Shown here: piece by piece, positions 9,095 to 19,056 of the stretch
Position numbering within the stretch: the first letter of the stretch is position 1
How the letters are laid out: the number at the start of each line of letters is the position of its first letter
Assembly (NCBI RefSeq): GCF_019464535.1
Contig: NZ_CP080507.1
Coordinates: 1,740,001 to 1,772,000, forward strand
Reading direction: 5' to 3'
Length of the DNA stretch: 32,000 nt
Source: Horticoccus luteus
GTDB lineage: Bacteria > Verrucomicrobiota > Verrucomicrobiia > Opitutales > Opitutaceae
Program-made: the position numbers and the translations under genes
Notes under the pieces: generated by a model
The model's database searches: none
What the model saw: the letters and a program-made list of their open reading frames with translations, nothing else
What the model was told of the DNA's origin: nothing

Positions 9095-9101
9095 TTTTCC
9101 C

Positions 9102-10370
9102 ATGCTCGATCCCAAACTTCTCCGCGATTCGCCGGACATCGTCCGCGCCGCCATCGCCAAAAAGCACCTCGATATCGATCTCGATGCGGTCCTCGCCGTC
9201 GATACTGCGTGGCGCACGCGTTTGATCGAGGTGGAGCATTTGCGCGCCCAACAGAAGGCCGCGAATGCAGAAATGGCGGCGCTGCCGAAAGGGTCGCCCG
9301 AATTCATCGCGAAGGTGCAGGAGATGAAAACCGTCGCCGCCCGCGCGAAGGAAGGCGACGCGAAGCTGAAGGAGTTGGAGGAGAAATGGCGCGAGGCATT
9401 GCTTTCGCTGCCCAACCTGCCGCACAGCTCGGTGCCGGAAGGGCGCACGCCGGAGGAGAACGTGGTCTATGCCTTGCACGGCGCTCAGGATGCGGCGTAT
9501 CCCGCGGCGCGTCCGCATTGGGAGATTCCGGGGTTCGAGCGGCTTTTCGATTTTGCGCGTGGCGCCAAGGTGACGGGGGCAGGTTTCCCGTTCTTCATCG
9601 GCGATGGGGCGCGGTTGGTGCGGGCGCTGTTGCAATTTTTTTTGGAGGAGGACACGCGGGCGGGTTACGTGGAGGTGGCGCCGCCGATCTTCGTGAATGA
9701 AGCGAGTGCCACGGCGACCGGGCAGTTGCCTGACAAGGAAGGCCAGATGTATGAGACGACCGACCGGCTCTTCGCCGTGCCGACGGCGGAGGTGCCGCTC
9801 ACGAATTTTTTCCGCGACGAGATTTTGGACGAAGAGGCGCTGCCGGTCTATCGGTGCGCTTACACGCCGTGTTTCCGCCGCGAGGCGGGGAGCTACGGCA
9901 AGGATGTGCGCGGACTGAATCGGGTGCATCAATTCGACAAGGTGGAGCTGCTCAAGTGGGTCCATCCGGAGTCGAGTTACGTCGAACTCGACAAACTGCG
10001 GGAAGATGCCGAGCGGTTGATCCAAAAACTCGAACTGCCTTATCGCGTGCTGCTGATGTGCGGTGGCGATCTGGGTTTTGCGCAGGCGAAAAAATACGAT
10101 TTGGAAGTCTGGGCGGGCGGGCAGAAGCGGTGGCTGGAAGTCTCCAGTTGCAGCAATTTCGAGACGTTTCAGGCGCGGCGGGCGCAGATCCGGTTTCGCA
10201 GCAAGGAGAGTGGGAAACCGGAGCTGGTGCACACGTTGAACGGCTCGGGGCTGGCGGTGCCGCGCATTGTGGCGGCGTTGCTGGAAAATAATCTCCAGCC
10301 GGATGGCACGGTACGCATCCCGGCGGCGCTCGTGCCGTATTTCGGCAAAGAGACGTTGCGGTTTGCGTAG
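9102..10370 (+). CDS. serS: Seryl-tRNA synthetase
   Basis: The start is set at MLDPKLLRD (ATG 9102); the track's 9033 start overlaps the GT9 gene. The protein has the N-terminal coiled-coil arm plus class II core motifs (FRREAGSYGKDVRGLNRVHQFDKVE, TLNGSGLAVPR). Confidence 0.93.
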   Translation: MLDPKLLRDSPDIVRAAIAKKHLDIDLDAVLAVDTAWRTRLIEVEHLRAQQKAANAEMAALPKGSPEFIAKVQEMKTVAARAKEGDAKLKELEEKWREALLSLPNLPHSSVPEGRTPEENVVYALHGAQDAAYPAARPHWEIPGFERLFDFARGAKVTGAGFPFFIGDGARLVRALLQFFLEEDTRAGYVEVAPPIFVNEASATATGQLPDKEGQMYETTDRLFAVPTAEVPLTNFFRDEILDEEALPVYRCAYTPCFRREAGSYGKDVRGLNRVHQFDKVELLKWVHPESSYVELDKLREDAERLIQKLELPYRVLLMCGGDLGFAQAKKYDLEVWAGGQKRWLEVSSCSNFETFQARRAQIRFRSKESGKPELVHTLNGSGLAVPRIVAALLENNLQPDGTVRIPAALVPYFGKETLRFA

Positions 10371-10380
10371 GTAAAGACGC

Positions 10381-11424
10381 ATGGCGCGGCGCCTCATCGA
10401 CTGGCCGTCGGCCGCGGTCCGACTGGCGGAGGTGTTACCGCGCGAGCGGCTGCACCCGCGGGTAGTCGCGTGGGCTGTGCACCCGAGAAATCGGGCGACG
10501 CCCTGGACGGTGGCGCTTTCGGGCGGCGCCGACTCGCTGAGTGTGCTGCTGCTGCTGTGGGGCCTTTGGCCCGAGCAGCGGCGCAGACTTCGCGTTGTGC
10601 ATTTTGATCACCGGTTGCGCGGACGTTCATCGATGATGGACGCACGGTTTTGCGCCGAGGTCTGTCACGGGCTCGGGTTGGCCTTGAAAATGGGCCGATG
10701 GGACGAGCGGCCGTTGAAAGTGAGTGAAGCCACGGCGCGCGCGGCGCGAATGGCGTTTTTCGATCAGGTCCTCGAGCGGCAGAAAGAGAGCGCAATCTGG
10801 TTCGGCCACCAGCAGGACGATATTGCAGAGACACTCTTGATGCGCCTGGCGCGCGGCAGCGGAACCGCAGGCTTGGCGGCGCCGCGCCCGGTGCAGGCGA
10901 TTTCCCGAAGGCGCGTGCACCTCCGACCGTTGTTGACGTTGAGCAAAGCAGAAATCACGCAGGCGCTAACGGGGGCCAACATTCCGTGGCGCGAAGATGC
11001 ATCGAATGCACGCGCGACGTTTCTAAGAAATCGGATCCGGCGCAGCGTGGTGCCGGCGTGGAGCGAAGCTGTCGCCGGGCGCAATGTCCTTCAAGGGGCG
11101 GCGCTCGCGCGGGAGTTGATCGAAGAGGACGATGCGGCGTTGGAAGAGTGGACGGAGAGGCTGCCGCTGTTCACTCCGGCGGGCGCGCTGCGGCTGGCCG
11201 CGATCGCCGGGTGCCCGCGGGCGGTCAAGCGCCGCGCGTTGGCCCGGTGGCTGGCGCAGCACCAGCTTGTGCGAGCGCTTTCGCGTCAGGCGGTGGACGC
11301 GTTATTGCAGGCGATCGAGCGTGGGGGGGCGGCGCGCCACAGCGTGGGACGCGATGTATTCGCAGTGATCCGCCGTGGCTTACTGTGCATCGAACGCCGC
11401 AAGGTCGTTAAGGCCCAACGCTAA
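10381..11424 (+). CDS. tilS: tRNA(Ile)-lysidine synthetase TilS (short form)
   Basis: PP-loop motif ALSGGADSLSVL, HFDHRLRG and GHQQDDIAETLLMRLARGSG. It sits 10 nt after serS and upstream of ftsH, a common tilS-ftsH neighbourhood. Confidence 0.88.
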   Translation: MARRLIDWPSAAVRLAEVLPRERLHPRVVAWAVHPRNRATPWTVALSGGADSLSVLLLLWGLWPEQRRRLRVVHFDHRLRGRSSMMDARFCAEVCHGLGLALKMGRWDERPLKVSEATARAARMAFFDQVLERQKESAIWFGHQQDDIAETLLMRLARGSGTAGLAAPRPVQAISRRRVHLRPLLTLSKAEITQALTGANIPWREDASNARATFLRNRIRRSVVPAWSEAVAGRNVLQGAALARELIEEDDAALEEWTERLPLFTPAGALRLAAIAGCPRAVKRRALARWLAQHQLVRALSRQAVDALLQAIERGGAARHSVGRDVFAVIRRGLLCIERRKVVKAQR

Positions 11425-11518
11425 AGCGTGCGCGGCGTTATCGCGGCGGCCCGATTGACATTACTCGGGGAACATCCAGCTTGGCGGCTCAGTCGAAAAC
11501 ACTTAGTTTAATCCTCAA

Positions 11519-13537
11519 ATGCCTGAAGTGGACAACAAGAAGAAGCGTCGGCCTTTAAAGAATCTGCCGCCAGATCGTTTTCAGCCGAAAGTGCTATTTA
11601 TCTGGTTCGCGATTTTCGTCGCGGCCATGGCGCTGCTGTATTGGACGCCCGGGCGGATGACGTCGCCGGCGACGCTGAAGATTCAGCAGGTGGTCGAGCT
11701 CGCTGAAGGCGGCAAAATCAAGGAAGGCGTGATCCGACCGGACGCGAGCGGCGGGCGCGACTGGGCGGTTGTCACCGGCGAGTTGAAGGAGTCGATCCCG
11801 GAAGCCCCGGGCAGCAGCACGATGACGAAACAGTTTCGCGCGGCGGGGCGGCTGACGGATTCAAACATGGAGCGTTTGCAGAAGGCGCAGGTGTTCGCGG
11901 AGCAACCGGCGACGACGCTGCTCACGCAAATCGCGGCGCAGGTGGTGCCTTTCCTGATCATTATCGGACTGCTGTATTTTCTCTTTGTGCGGCAGCTCAA
12001 GCAGGCGGGCCGCGGGGCATTGAGCTTCGGCAAAAGCCGCGCCAAACTACTCACGCGCGATCGTGACAAAGTGACTTTTGCTGACGTGGCGGGTTGCGAC
12101 GAAGCGAAGGAAGAAGTGGCCGAGGTCGTCGAATTTCTGAAGGACCCGAAGAAGTTCACCAAGATGGGCGGCCGGATTCCGAAAGGCATTCTGATGGTCG
12201 GGCCTCCGGGCACCGGTAAGACGTTGCTGGCGAAAGCCGTGGCCGGGGAGGCGGAGGTGCCGTTCTTCTCGATCAGCGGATCGGATTTCGTCGAAATGTT
12301 TGTCGGCGTGGGCGCCAGCCGCGTGCGCGACATGTTTGAGCAGGGCCGTAAGAATGCGCCCTGTCTCATCTTCATCGATGAAATCGATGCGGTGGGCCGT
12401 CAGCGCGGTGCGGGCCTCGGCGGCGGCAACGACGAACGCGAGCAGACGTTGAATTCCCTCCTGGTTGAGATGGATGGCTTCGACACCACCGAGGGCGTGA
12501 TCATCATTGCCGCGACGAACCGGCCGGATGTGCTCGACAGTGCGCTGCTGCGCCCGGGGCGCTTCGACCGCCAGATTTACGTGGACCTGCCGGATTTGGT
12601 GGGGCGGGAACAGATTCTTCGCGTTCACGCGCGGAAGATCTCGTTGGCGGAGAATGTCGAACTCTCGATCATCGCACGCGGGACGCCGGGCCTCTCCGGT
12701 GCCGAACTCGCCAATTTGTTAAACGAAGCGGCGCTGCTCGCCGCGCGGCGCAATAAAAAGAAGGTTGAGATGATCGATGTGGATGATGCCCGCGAGAAAG
12801 TGCAGTTTGGTCGCGAACGCCGTCGTTTGATGGACGACGAGGAGAAGAAACTGACGGCGTTTCACGAGGCGGGACATGCCTTGGTACAGGGGGTGCTCGA
12901 TGACGGCTATCTGCCAGTCCACAAAGTAACAATCATCCCGCGCGGGCGCAGCCTTGGCAGCACGATGTTTATCCCGAAAAAGGATGTGCTTACCCACGCG
13001 AAACAACGGATGTTGAATCAAATCGCCATGGGTTTGGGCGGCCGGATCGCCGAGGAAACGGTGCTGGGCGACATCTCGAGCGGGGCCGCGGGCGACATCA
13101 AGCAGGTGACGAAAATCGCGCGTCACATGGTGTGCGATTGGGGCATGAGCCCGTTGGGCCCGATCGCTTACGGAGACAACCACGACACCGTGTTTCTCGG
13201 GCGGGAAATCACGCGGAACGAGAAATATTCGGAGGAGACTGCGCGTCGGATCGACGAGGAAATTCGGCGCATCATCGATGAGCAATATCAGCGCGCCACG
13301 CAGATCATCACCGAACGGCGCGACGCGTTGGAGAAGATCGCGAATGCGTTGATCGAATTCGAGACGATCGAGGGCAAACACGTCTTGGAGATTCTCCAGC
13401 ACGGAAATATCCAGACGCCGGTTTTTCGCGATCCGCTCACGAAGCAGGACACCAAGCCGGTCGAAAAGCGTCCGCCGGAGAAGAATGCGGCAGCCGATAC
13501 GCTTCCCGGGTCCAGTCCGGCACCGACGCCCGCTTGA
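11519..13537 (+). CDS. ftsH: ATP-dependent zinc metalloprotease FtsH
   Basis: Two TM segments flank a periplasmic domain. AAA+ Walker A GPPGTGKT, Walker [13 protein letters not shown] region, and Zn-protease motif HEAGHAL. Confidence 0.97.
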   Translation: MPEVDNKKKRRPLKNLPPDRFQPKVLFIWFAIFVAAMALLYWTPGRMTSPATLKIQQVVELAEGGKIKEGVIRPDASGGRDWAVVTGELKESIPEAPGSSTMTKQFRAAGRLTDSNMERLQKAQVFAEQPATTLLTQIAAQVVPFLIIIGLLYFLFVRQLKQAGRGALSFGKSRAKLLTRDRDKVTFADVAGCDEAKEEVAEVVEFLKDPKKFTKMGGRIPKGILMVGPPGTGKTLLAKAVAGEAEVPFFSISGSDFVEMFVGVGASRVRDMFEQGRKNAPCLIFIDEIDAVGRQRGAGLGGGNDEREQTLNSLLVEMDGFDTTEGVIIIAATNRPDVLDSALLRPGRFDRQIYVDLPDLVGREQILRVHARKISLAENVELSIIARGTPGLSGAELANLLNEAALLAARRNKKKVEMIDVDDAREKVQFGRERRRLMDDEEKKLTAFHEAGHALVQGVLDDGYLPVHKVTIIPRGRSLGSTMFIPKKDVLTHAKQRMLNQIAMGLGGRIAEETVLGDISSGAAGDIKQVTKIARHMVCDWGMSPLGPIAYGDNHDTVFLGREITRNEKYSEETARRIDEEIRRIIDEQYQRATQIITERRDALEKIANALIEFETIEGKHVLEILQHGNIQTPVFRDPLTKQDTKPVEKRPPEKNAAADTLPGSSPAPTPA

Positions 13538-13561
13538 CGGGTCAGTGGGAGCAAGGAAACG

Positions 13562-13590
13562 AACGTGGGCGATTCGCCCACGTTTTTTTT
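13562..13590 (+). terminator. Rho-independent terminator of ftsH
   Basis: AACGTGGGCG-att-CGCCCACGTT is a 10-bp perfect stem followed directly by a T-run (to 13590), 25 nt after the ftsH stop. Confidence 0.8.
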
Positions 13591-13672
13591 GCGTCGTGAT
13601 TCCTTCATGCACGCGCCAGAAAATCGGCCTTGGTTTTTTCAACTTCACCGAACACAAATCCCTTACTGAGAT

Positions 13673-15058
13673 ATGAAAATTTGTTGCATTGGCGCAGGTT
13701 ACGTAGGCGGCCCGACCATGGCCATGATCGCGCTCAAGGCGCCGGACATCACCGTGACGGTGGTGGATATGAACGCGGCGCGGATCGCGGCGTGGAATTC
13801 CGACACGCTGCCCATCTACGAGCCGGGACTTGATGAAGTGGTGCGCGAAGCCCGCGGGAGAAACCTGCATTTTTCCACCGACGTGCGCGGTGCCATCAAA
13901 GACTCTGACATCATTTTCGTGGCGGTGAACACGCCGACTAAAACCTACGGAGTGGGGAGCGGACGCGCGGCCGACCTCCGATTTATCGAGTCCGTGGCGC
14001 GCACCATCGCCGAGGTGGCGGACGGTCCCAAGATCATCGTCGAAAAGTCCACCATTCCGGTGAAAACGGCGGAGACGATCAAAGACATCCTCGCCGCCAA
14101 CACGCGGGGAGCGAAGTTTCAGGTGTTGTCCAATCCGGAGTTCCTGGCAGAGGGCACGGCGGTGGCGGATCTCATCAGCCCGGATCGCGTCTTGATTGGC
14201 GGCGAGCGTGTGCCGGACGGCGACGCGGCGGTGCAAAAGCTCGTCGATGTTTACGCACGCTGGGTGCCTCGCGAGCGGATCATCACAACTAATCTGTGGT
14301 CGTCGGAGCTCTCAAAATTGGTGGCCAACGCGTTTCTGGCGCAGCGCATCTCCTCGATCAACTCGATCTCCGCGTTATGTGAGGCGACCGGCGCGGATGT
14401 TGATGAAGTGGCTAATGCGATCGGAAAGGATAGCCGGATCGGCTCGAAGTTTTTGAAGGCGAGCGTCGGCTTCGGTGGCTCCTGCTTTCAAAAAGATATC
14501 CTGAACCTCGTCTACCTGTGCGAGCACTTCGGACTGCCCGAGGTGGCTTCGTATTGGGAAAGTGTCGTCAAGATGAACGACTGGCAGAAACACCGGTTCG
14601 CCGGTCGGATCGTGCGCGCACTTTTCAACACGGTGGCCGACAAGAAAATCGCGGTGCTGGGTTTTGCGTTCAAGAAGGACACCAACGACACGCGCGAATC
14701 CGCGGCGATCAATATCTGTCGCGATCTGCTTTCGGAGCACGCCCGGGTGGTGGTGTATGATCCTAAAGTGCCGGCGGATGAAATCCGGCGCGACGTGCTG
14801 GGCGGAGCGAAAAAGGAAGGTGCCCAGGAGTTGCCGGAGGAGCGGTTAAGTGTCGCGCAGAGCGCCTACGAGGCTGCGAAAGGCGCGCACGCGATTGCGA
14901 TCGTCACCGAGTGGGATGAGTTCAAGACGCTCGATTACGGAAAGATCCACGAAGCGATGGCGAAACCCGCGTTCATCTTCGACGGCCGAAATATCCTCGA
15001 CCTGGCAAAGTTGACGGCGATCGGTTTTCGGGCGCACGGCATCGGTAAGTCTGCGTAA
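13673..15058 (+). CDS. ugd: UDP-glucose 6-dehydrogenase (long, eukaryote-like type)
   Basis: N-terminal Rossmann motif [13 protein letters not shown], catalytic region [10 protein letters not shown], and the C-terminal UDP-binding domain [13 protein letters not shown]. Confidence 0.93.
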   Translation: MKICCIGAGYVGGPTMAMIALKAPDITVTVVDMNAARIAAWNSDTLPIYEPGLDEVVREARGRNLHFSTDVRGAIKDSDIIFVAVNTPTKTYGVGSGRAADLRFIESVARTIAEVADGPKIIVEKSTIPVKTAETIKDILAANTRGAKFQVLSNPEFLAEGTAVADLISPDRVLIGGERVPDGDAAVQKLVDVYARWVPRERIITTNLWSSELSKLVANAFLAQRISSINSISALCEATGADVDEVANAIGKDSRIGSKFLKASVGFGGSCFQKDILNLVYLCEHFGLPEVASYWESVVKMNDWQKHRFAGRIVRALFNTVADKKIAVLGFAFKKDTNDTRESAAINICRDLLSEHARVVVYDPKVPADEIRRDVLGGAKKEGAQELPEERLSVAQSAYEAAKGAHAIAIVTEWDEFKTLDYGKIHEAMAKPAFIFDGRNILDLAKLTAIGFRAHGIGKSA

Positions 15059-15099
15059 GCGGAGAACTCGTTTTCGGCGGCATCTTTTTTTGGGGTGTC

Positions 15100-15164
15100 C
15101 AACGTCGCAGCCTTAGGCTGTGGCGCCGCCTGTGGAGGCGTTGCTCGCCTCGACTGCGACGTTG
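15100..15164. repeat. Nested inverted repeat in the ugd/glnS convergent spacer
   Basis: An 11-bp perfect closing stem, CAACGTCGCAG (15100-15110) / CTGCGACGTTG (15154-15164), encloses an inner hairpin GAGGCG-ttgct-CGCCTC (15135-15151). Confidence 0.5.
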
Positions 15165-15360
15165 AGCGCGGACGTGAAGCTCAGGTTGGTATTAGGCCTA
15201 CGCGGCGCTCGATGCCGCGCGCCGAGGCCTCTTGCGCCTGCCAGCCGCAGAAAGGCGGAAGCTCAACGTGGGATTTCGCACCCGTCGTCGGAACGCGTGC
15301 GACCAAGGATGCGCCGGGCTGGCGGATGGATTCGAAGCGACTCTCGCGAATTTCGCGCGA

Positions 15361-17163
15361 TTAGCTCTTTTGCACGGCCGGTTTGGCCGATGTGTCTTTC
15401 AGCGTCAGGGTGCGGTTGAAGACCAGTTTGCCTGGCTGCGAGTCTTTGGCGTCCACCGTGAAATAGCCGAGGCGCTCGAATTGATAACGCTCGTCGGGCG
15501 TGGCAGTGGCGAGGGCGGGCTCCAGTTTTGCCGTCACAATTTCGAGGGAGTGCGGATTCAAGACCGTGGTAAAGTCGGGCTCCGACGCTGGCTCGGGAAC
15601 CGTGAAAAGGCGGTCGTAGAGCCGCACTTCCGCGTCGACGGCTTGCGTGGCGCTCACCCAATGGATGGTGCCTTTGACTTTGCGGTCTGCGTTGGGGCCG
15701 CCGGCTCGGGTGGTGAGATCGGCGGTGCAGCGCAATTCGACGAGCTGGCCGGTGGCGTCTTTCACGACTTCCTCGCATTTGATGAGGCAGGCGTATTTGA
15801 GCCGGACCTCACCGCCGGGCTTCAGGCGGAAATATTTCGGCGGTGGAATTTCGGCGAAATCGTCGCTTTCGATGAATACTTCGCGCGTGAGCGCCATCTT
15901 CCGCGAGGAAGGCGCGGCGGATTGCGGGTCGTTGACGGCCTCGCATTCGATCACCTCATCGGCAGCGAGGTTCGTGAGCACGAGCTTGATGGGACGCAGC
16001 ACGCCGAAGCGGCGGATGGCGGATTGATTCAAATCGTCGCGCACGACGTGCTCGAAAAGCGCGAGATCGACGATGCCTTGGTAAGTCGTGACACCGGTGC
16101 CGATCACGAAGCGGCGGAGCGAGGCGGCGGTGACACCGCGGCGGCGGAGACCGGTGAGCGTGGGCAGACGCGGATCATCCCAGCCCCGCACAAATTTCTC
16201 CTGCACGAGGCGGAGGAGGTTGCGTTTGCTCATGATGGTAAAGCTCGGGAGGAGCTTGCCAAATTCGTATTGGTGCGGCAGCGGCCGGGGCAGGTCGAGA
16301 CTCTCGAGCACCCAATCGTAGAGCGGGCGGTGGACGACGAATTCGAGGGAGCAAAAGCTGTGTGTAATGCCTTCGAGGTAGTCGCTCAGGCAGTGCGCAT
16401 AATCGTAAAGCGGATAGATGCACCACTTGTCGCCGGCATGATGATGCGGGATGTGGCGAATGCGGTAAAGCAGGGGATCGCGCAACCAGACATTCGGCGA
16501 GGCCATGTCGATTTTGGCGCGCAAGGAACGGGCGCCATTGGGGAATTCTCCGGCGCGCATCCGGCGGAACAGGTCGAGATTTTCCGCCACGGAGCGGTTG
16601 CGCCACGGGCTGTCGCGCCCGGGCTGATCAGGGGCACCGCGATACTGATCGGTTTCCTCGGGGGTGAGGTCGCAAACATAGGCGCGGCCTTTCTCGATCA
16701 AGGTGACCGCGTATTCGAACAGTTGCTCAAAATAGTCTGACGCGAAAAACGCTTCGGTGCCGGGCCCGGGAGGAACCGCGGCCAGCAAATAGTCGGGGCG
16801 GCCATCCGTGGTGATGCGCGCGGGGTGGGCGCCTTTGGGTTTAAAACCAAGACAATGGTCAGCCCAACCGGCGATGAGCCACTGGATGTCAGCAACGATG
16901 GCGTCGACGTATTCGATGTCTTCTTTGACCGGGTTGGTGTCGTCGAAGCGCAGGTTGCACTGGCCGTCGTTTTCGCGGGCGATACCGAAATTCAGACAGA
17001 TGGACCGGGCGTGGCCGAGATGGAGGTATCCGTTGGGCTCGGGCGGAAACCGCGTGACAATCTTCGAGTAGCGCTTCTCCGCGACGTGCTGGGCAACGAT
17101 GTCGCGAATAAAATCGCTGGGCGCGCCAGGCGTGGGGCCAGATTCAGTGGGCTCGACGGTCAT
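15361..17163 (-). CDS. glnS: Glutaminyl-tRNA synthetase
   Basis: Class I signature PEPNGYLHLGH (HIGH), IMSKR (KMSKS), and the GlnRS-type C-terminal anticodon-binding beta-barrels (RLGYFTVD). Confidence 0.95.
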   Translation of the reverse strand: MTVEPTESGPTPGAPSDFIRDIVAQHVAEKRYSKIVTRFPPEPNGYLHLGHARSICLNFGIARENDGQCNLRFDDTNPVKEDIEYVDAIVADIQWLIAGWADHCLGFKPKGAHPARITTDGRPDYLLAAVPPGPGTEAFFASDYFEQLFEYAVTLIEKGRAYVCDLTPEETDQYRGAPDQPGRDSPWRNRSVAENLDLFRRMRAGEFPNGARSLRAKIDMASPNVWLRDPLLYRIRHIPHHHAGDKWCIYPLYDYAHCLSDYLEGITHSFCSLEFVVHRPLYDWVLESLDLPRPLPHQYEFGKLLPSFTIMSKRNLLRLVQEKFVRGWDDPRLPTLTGLRRRGVTAASLRRFVIGTGVTTYQGIVDLALFEHVVRDDLNQSAIRRFGVLRPIKLVLTNLAADEVIECEAVNDPQSAAPSSRKMALTREVFIESDDFAEIPPPKYFRLKPGGEVRLKYACLIKCEEVVKDATGQLVELRCTADLTTRAGGPNADRKVKGTIHWVSATQAVDAEVRLYDRLFTVPEPASEPDFTTVLNPHSLEIVTAKLEPALATATPDERYQFERLGYFTVDAKDSQPGKLVFNRTLTLKDTSAKPAVQKS

Positions 17164-17235
17164 AGCGGAAAACGATGCAGCTCGGGGCAGCGCGATGCAA
17201 CGCTCCGTTGCAGCCGCGCGCGGAAGGATGCTGCG

Positions 17236-18957
17236 TTAACCGTGGCGGTTGCGGGCGGGCGAGGGCAGCACGCCTTCCGCAGTCATTTCCTTCAGCAAAC
17301 TCGTGAGGTAGGGAATGAGTTGCTTCTTTCTGCTCACGACTCCCGGCAGATCGAACACCCGGTCCTGCTCCACGTGCGAATAGGAGATGCGGCGGATGAC
17401 TTCAGGGTCGCCCTTCACCAACATGAGCGAGTTTTGGGTGTTGATGTCGGTGACCAACAGGCAGGCAAAGGCGAGATTCTCGCTGTGCGTGAGTTCGGTC
17501 AGTGCTTCGGCGAGATTTTTCGCGTTGGCCCAAAAGTTATTAAATCCGAGTTCTTCGACTTGGGAGACGGAGAACTGCACACCGTCCTCTTCGTAGATCT
17601 TGAAATCGGACCGCACGACCTTCGCGGGAGCGCTGGCCAGAATCACCGAGCCCGAGCTGAAGATGAGTTCGGCCAGTTCCTTGGGTTGCACCTGTGCGAT
17701 CGAAGACAACCAGTCCAGCAGCTGGGCGTCCTTGGACGTAGACGTGGGACTTTGGAGCAGGAGCGTGTCGGAAATAATGCCCGACATCATGAGGCCGGCG
17801 AGGTCGGGATCCGGTGTGTGACCGGATGAGCGGAAGAGCCCGGCGACGATGGTGCTCGTTGAACCGATCGGTTCGTTGAGAAACAAGATTGGCTGGGGCG
17901 TCGCGAGCGGTCCGAGACGGTGGTGATCGATGATCTCGGTGATCATAACTTCGTCGGCGCCGGGAACCGCCTGCGTGAGCTCGTTGTGATCGACGAGAAC
18001 GAGGCGGGTGGGAACGGGGCGAAGAATATCCGATTTGGACAGCACGCCGAGGAGCCGGCCGTCGTCGGCGAGGACCATGTAAGCCGGGGCGGAGGAGACG
18101 GCGAGTTTCTTCCGCATGTCGGCGATGCGGGTGTCGGGGCTGACGATGGTGAAGTTGGTATCCATCAGTTTCGAGATTCGCCCCGCGGTGCGAATCACCC
18201 ACGCGGTGGTGGCCGAATCATACGGACTAACGATGAGGCTGACGCCGCAAGCGCGGGCCCGGGCGACGACTTCGTCGGAGACGGGCAGGTTGCCGGTGAT
18301 GACGAGCAACCGCACGCCGATGTCCATGGACTTGTTCTGAATGTCCACGCGGTCGCCGACGATAATCGCGGACTGACCGGGCGGAATGCCTTCGGCCTGC
18401 GAAATGCGCCAGAACGACGTTATGTCCATGGCGCCGATGCGAACGAAGAGGTCTTCGGTGCGGTTTTCCTCGACCATGTGCAGCACGCGGGCGCGCAGCG
18501 CGCGCGCCAAGTCGGCCAGGCTCGTATGCACTTTCCGCATGAGCTTTGGCTCATTAACCTTGGGAAGAAAGAAGTGCCCCAGCGTGAACACCGAGACTGT
18601 GCCCGCGAGACGACGATTTTCATCGACGACGGGCAGCACGCGCAGGTCAAAGCGATCGATGAACTCCAAGGCTTCCGCGCAGGTGGCGGTCGGCGGCACG
18701 GAGACGACTTCGGTCGTCATCAAATCGTGAACGCGCGGGGAGACGTCGCTCAGGTAGAGCGGCAGCGGGTGGTGAAACCGCGAGAGAATCGTATCGATGC
18801 GCGCGTTGGAGTTGCCGCACCGCGCCGGCACGTAACCGTGTTCGCCGCACGCCGTTTTGTAGGCGGCGTAGGCAATGGCGGAGCAGATCGCGTCGGCATC
18901 GGGGTTGCGATGTCCGACCACGTAGGTCAAAGGCGAGGAAGGCCCGGCGGCTGTCAT
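17236..18957 (-). CDS. CBS/DRTGG-domain family II (DHH/DHHA2) inorganic pyrophosphatase
   Basis: DHH motifs VVGHRNPDADAICS and DHNE...IIDHHR. A CBS pair and a DRTGG-like insert lie between them. The C-terminal DHHA2 region contains VSQVE.... Confidence 0.85.
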   Translation of the reverse strand: MTAAGPSSPLTYVVGHRNPDADAICSAIAYAAYKTACGEHGYVPARCGNSNARIDTILSRFHHPLPLYLSDVSPRVHDLMTTEVVSVPPTATCAEALEFIDRFDLRVLPVVDENRRLAGTVSVFTLGHFFLPKVNEPKLMRKVHTSLADLARALRARVLHMVEENRTEDLFVRIGAMDITSFWRISQAEGIPPGQSAIIVGDRVDIQNKSMDIGVRLLVITGNLPVSDEVVARARACGVSLIVSPYDSATTAWVIRTAGRISKLMDTNFTIVSPDTRIADMRKKLAVSSAPAYMVLADDGRLLGVLSKSDILRPVPTRLVLVDHNELTQAVPGADEVMITEIIDHHRLGPLATPQPILFLNEPIGSTSTIVAGLFRSSGHTPDPDLAGLMMSGIISDTLLLQSPTSTSKDAQLLDWLSSIAQVQPKELAELIFSSGSVILASAPAKVVRSDFKIYEEDGVQFSVSQVEELGFNNFWANAKNLAEALTELTHSENLAFACLLVTDINTQNSLMLVKGDPEVIRRISYSHVEQDRVFDLPGVVSRKKQLIPYLTSLLKEMTAEGVLPSPARNRHG

Positions 18958-18999
18958 GGGTGTAGTCGGAAAGCAATAAGTGGCGCGAGTGCCGGAGGG

Positions 19000-19030
19000 A
19001 AAACAAAAAAGCCCAGCAGGTGGGCTGGGC
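19000..19030 (-). terminator. Rho-independent terminator of the pseudopilin gene
   Basis: On the minus strand, GCCCAGC-ccacct-GCTGGGC is followed by TTTTTTGTTTT, beginning 27 nt after the TAG at 19057-19059. Confidence 0.8.
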
Positions 19031-19056
19031 GCAGAACGATGAAGAAGGAAGGCCGT

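Noticed and set aside
8862-10397. 511-aa minus-strand ORF
   Set aside because: It is fully antisense to serS and to the GT9 gene 3' end. It is extremely Arg-rich and low in complexity, with no domain signature.
11455-11460. Perfect TTGACA hexamer upstream of ftsH
   Set aside because: No acceptable -10 hexamer lies 16-18 nt downstream (CAGCTT/AGCTTG). An alternative TTGGCG-N17-TAGTTT pairing is possible, but I cannot support either as a promoter call from sequence alone.
12719-14236. 505-aa minus-strand ORF spanning the ftsH 3' end, the ftsH terminator and the ugd 5' end
   Set aside because: It is antisense to two confidently identified conserved genes and runs straight through a rho-independent terminator. 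Its composition is Arg/His/Asp/Gly-rich with no recognisable motif. This is typical of shadow ORFs in GC-rich DNA.
15085-15091. T7 tract 27 nt after the ugd stop, considered as a rho-independent terminator
   Set aside because: I could not find a stable stem immediately upstream. The best pairing, GAGAAC/GTTTTC, leaves a 2-nt loop. It is therefore mentioned only within the spacer finding.
15328-15338. GGATTCGAAGC, resembling the reverse complement of a tRNA T-loop (TTCGAAT)
   Set aside because: The flanking bases cannot form a 5-bp T-stem (GTCGC against CCATC). No acceptor or anticodon arms can be drawn, so it is not a tRNA.
15232-16740. 502-aa plus-strand ORF
   Set aside because: It is antisense to glnS, whose identity is unambiguous. 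It has no motifs and a shadow-frame composition.
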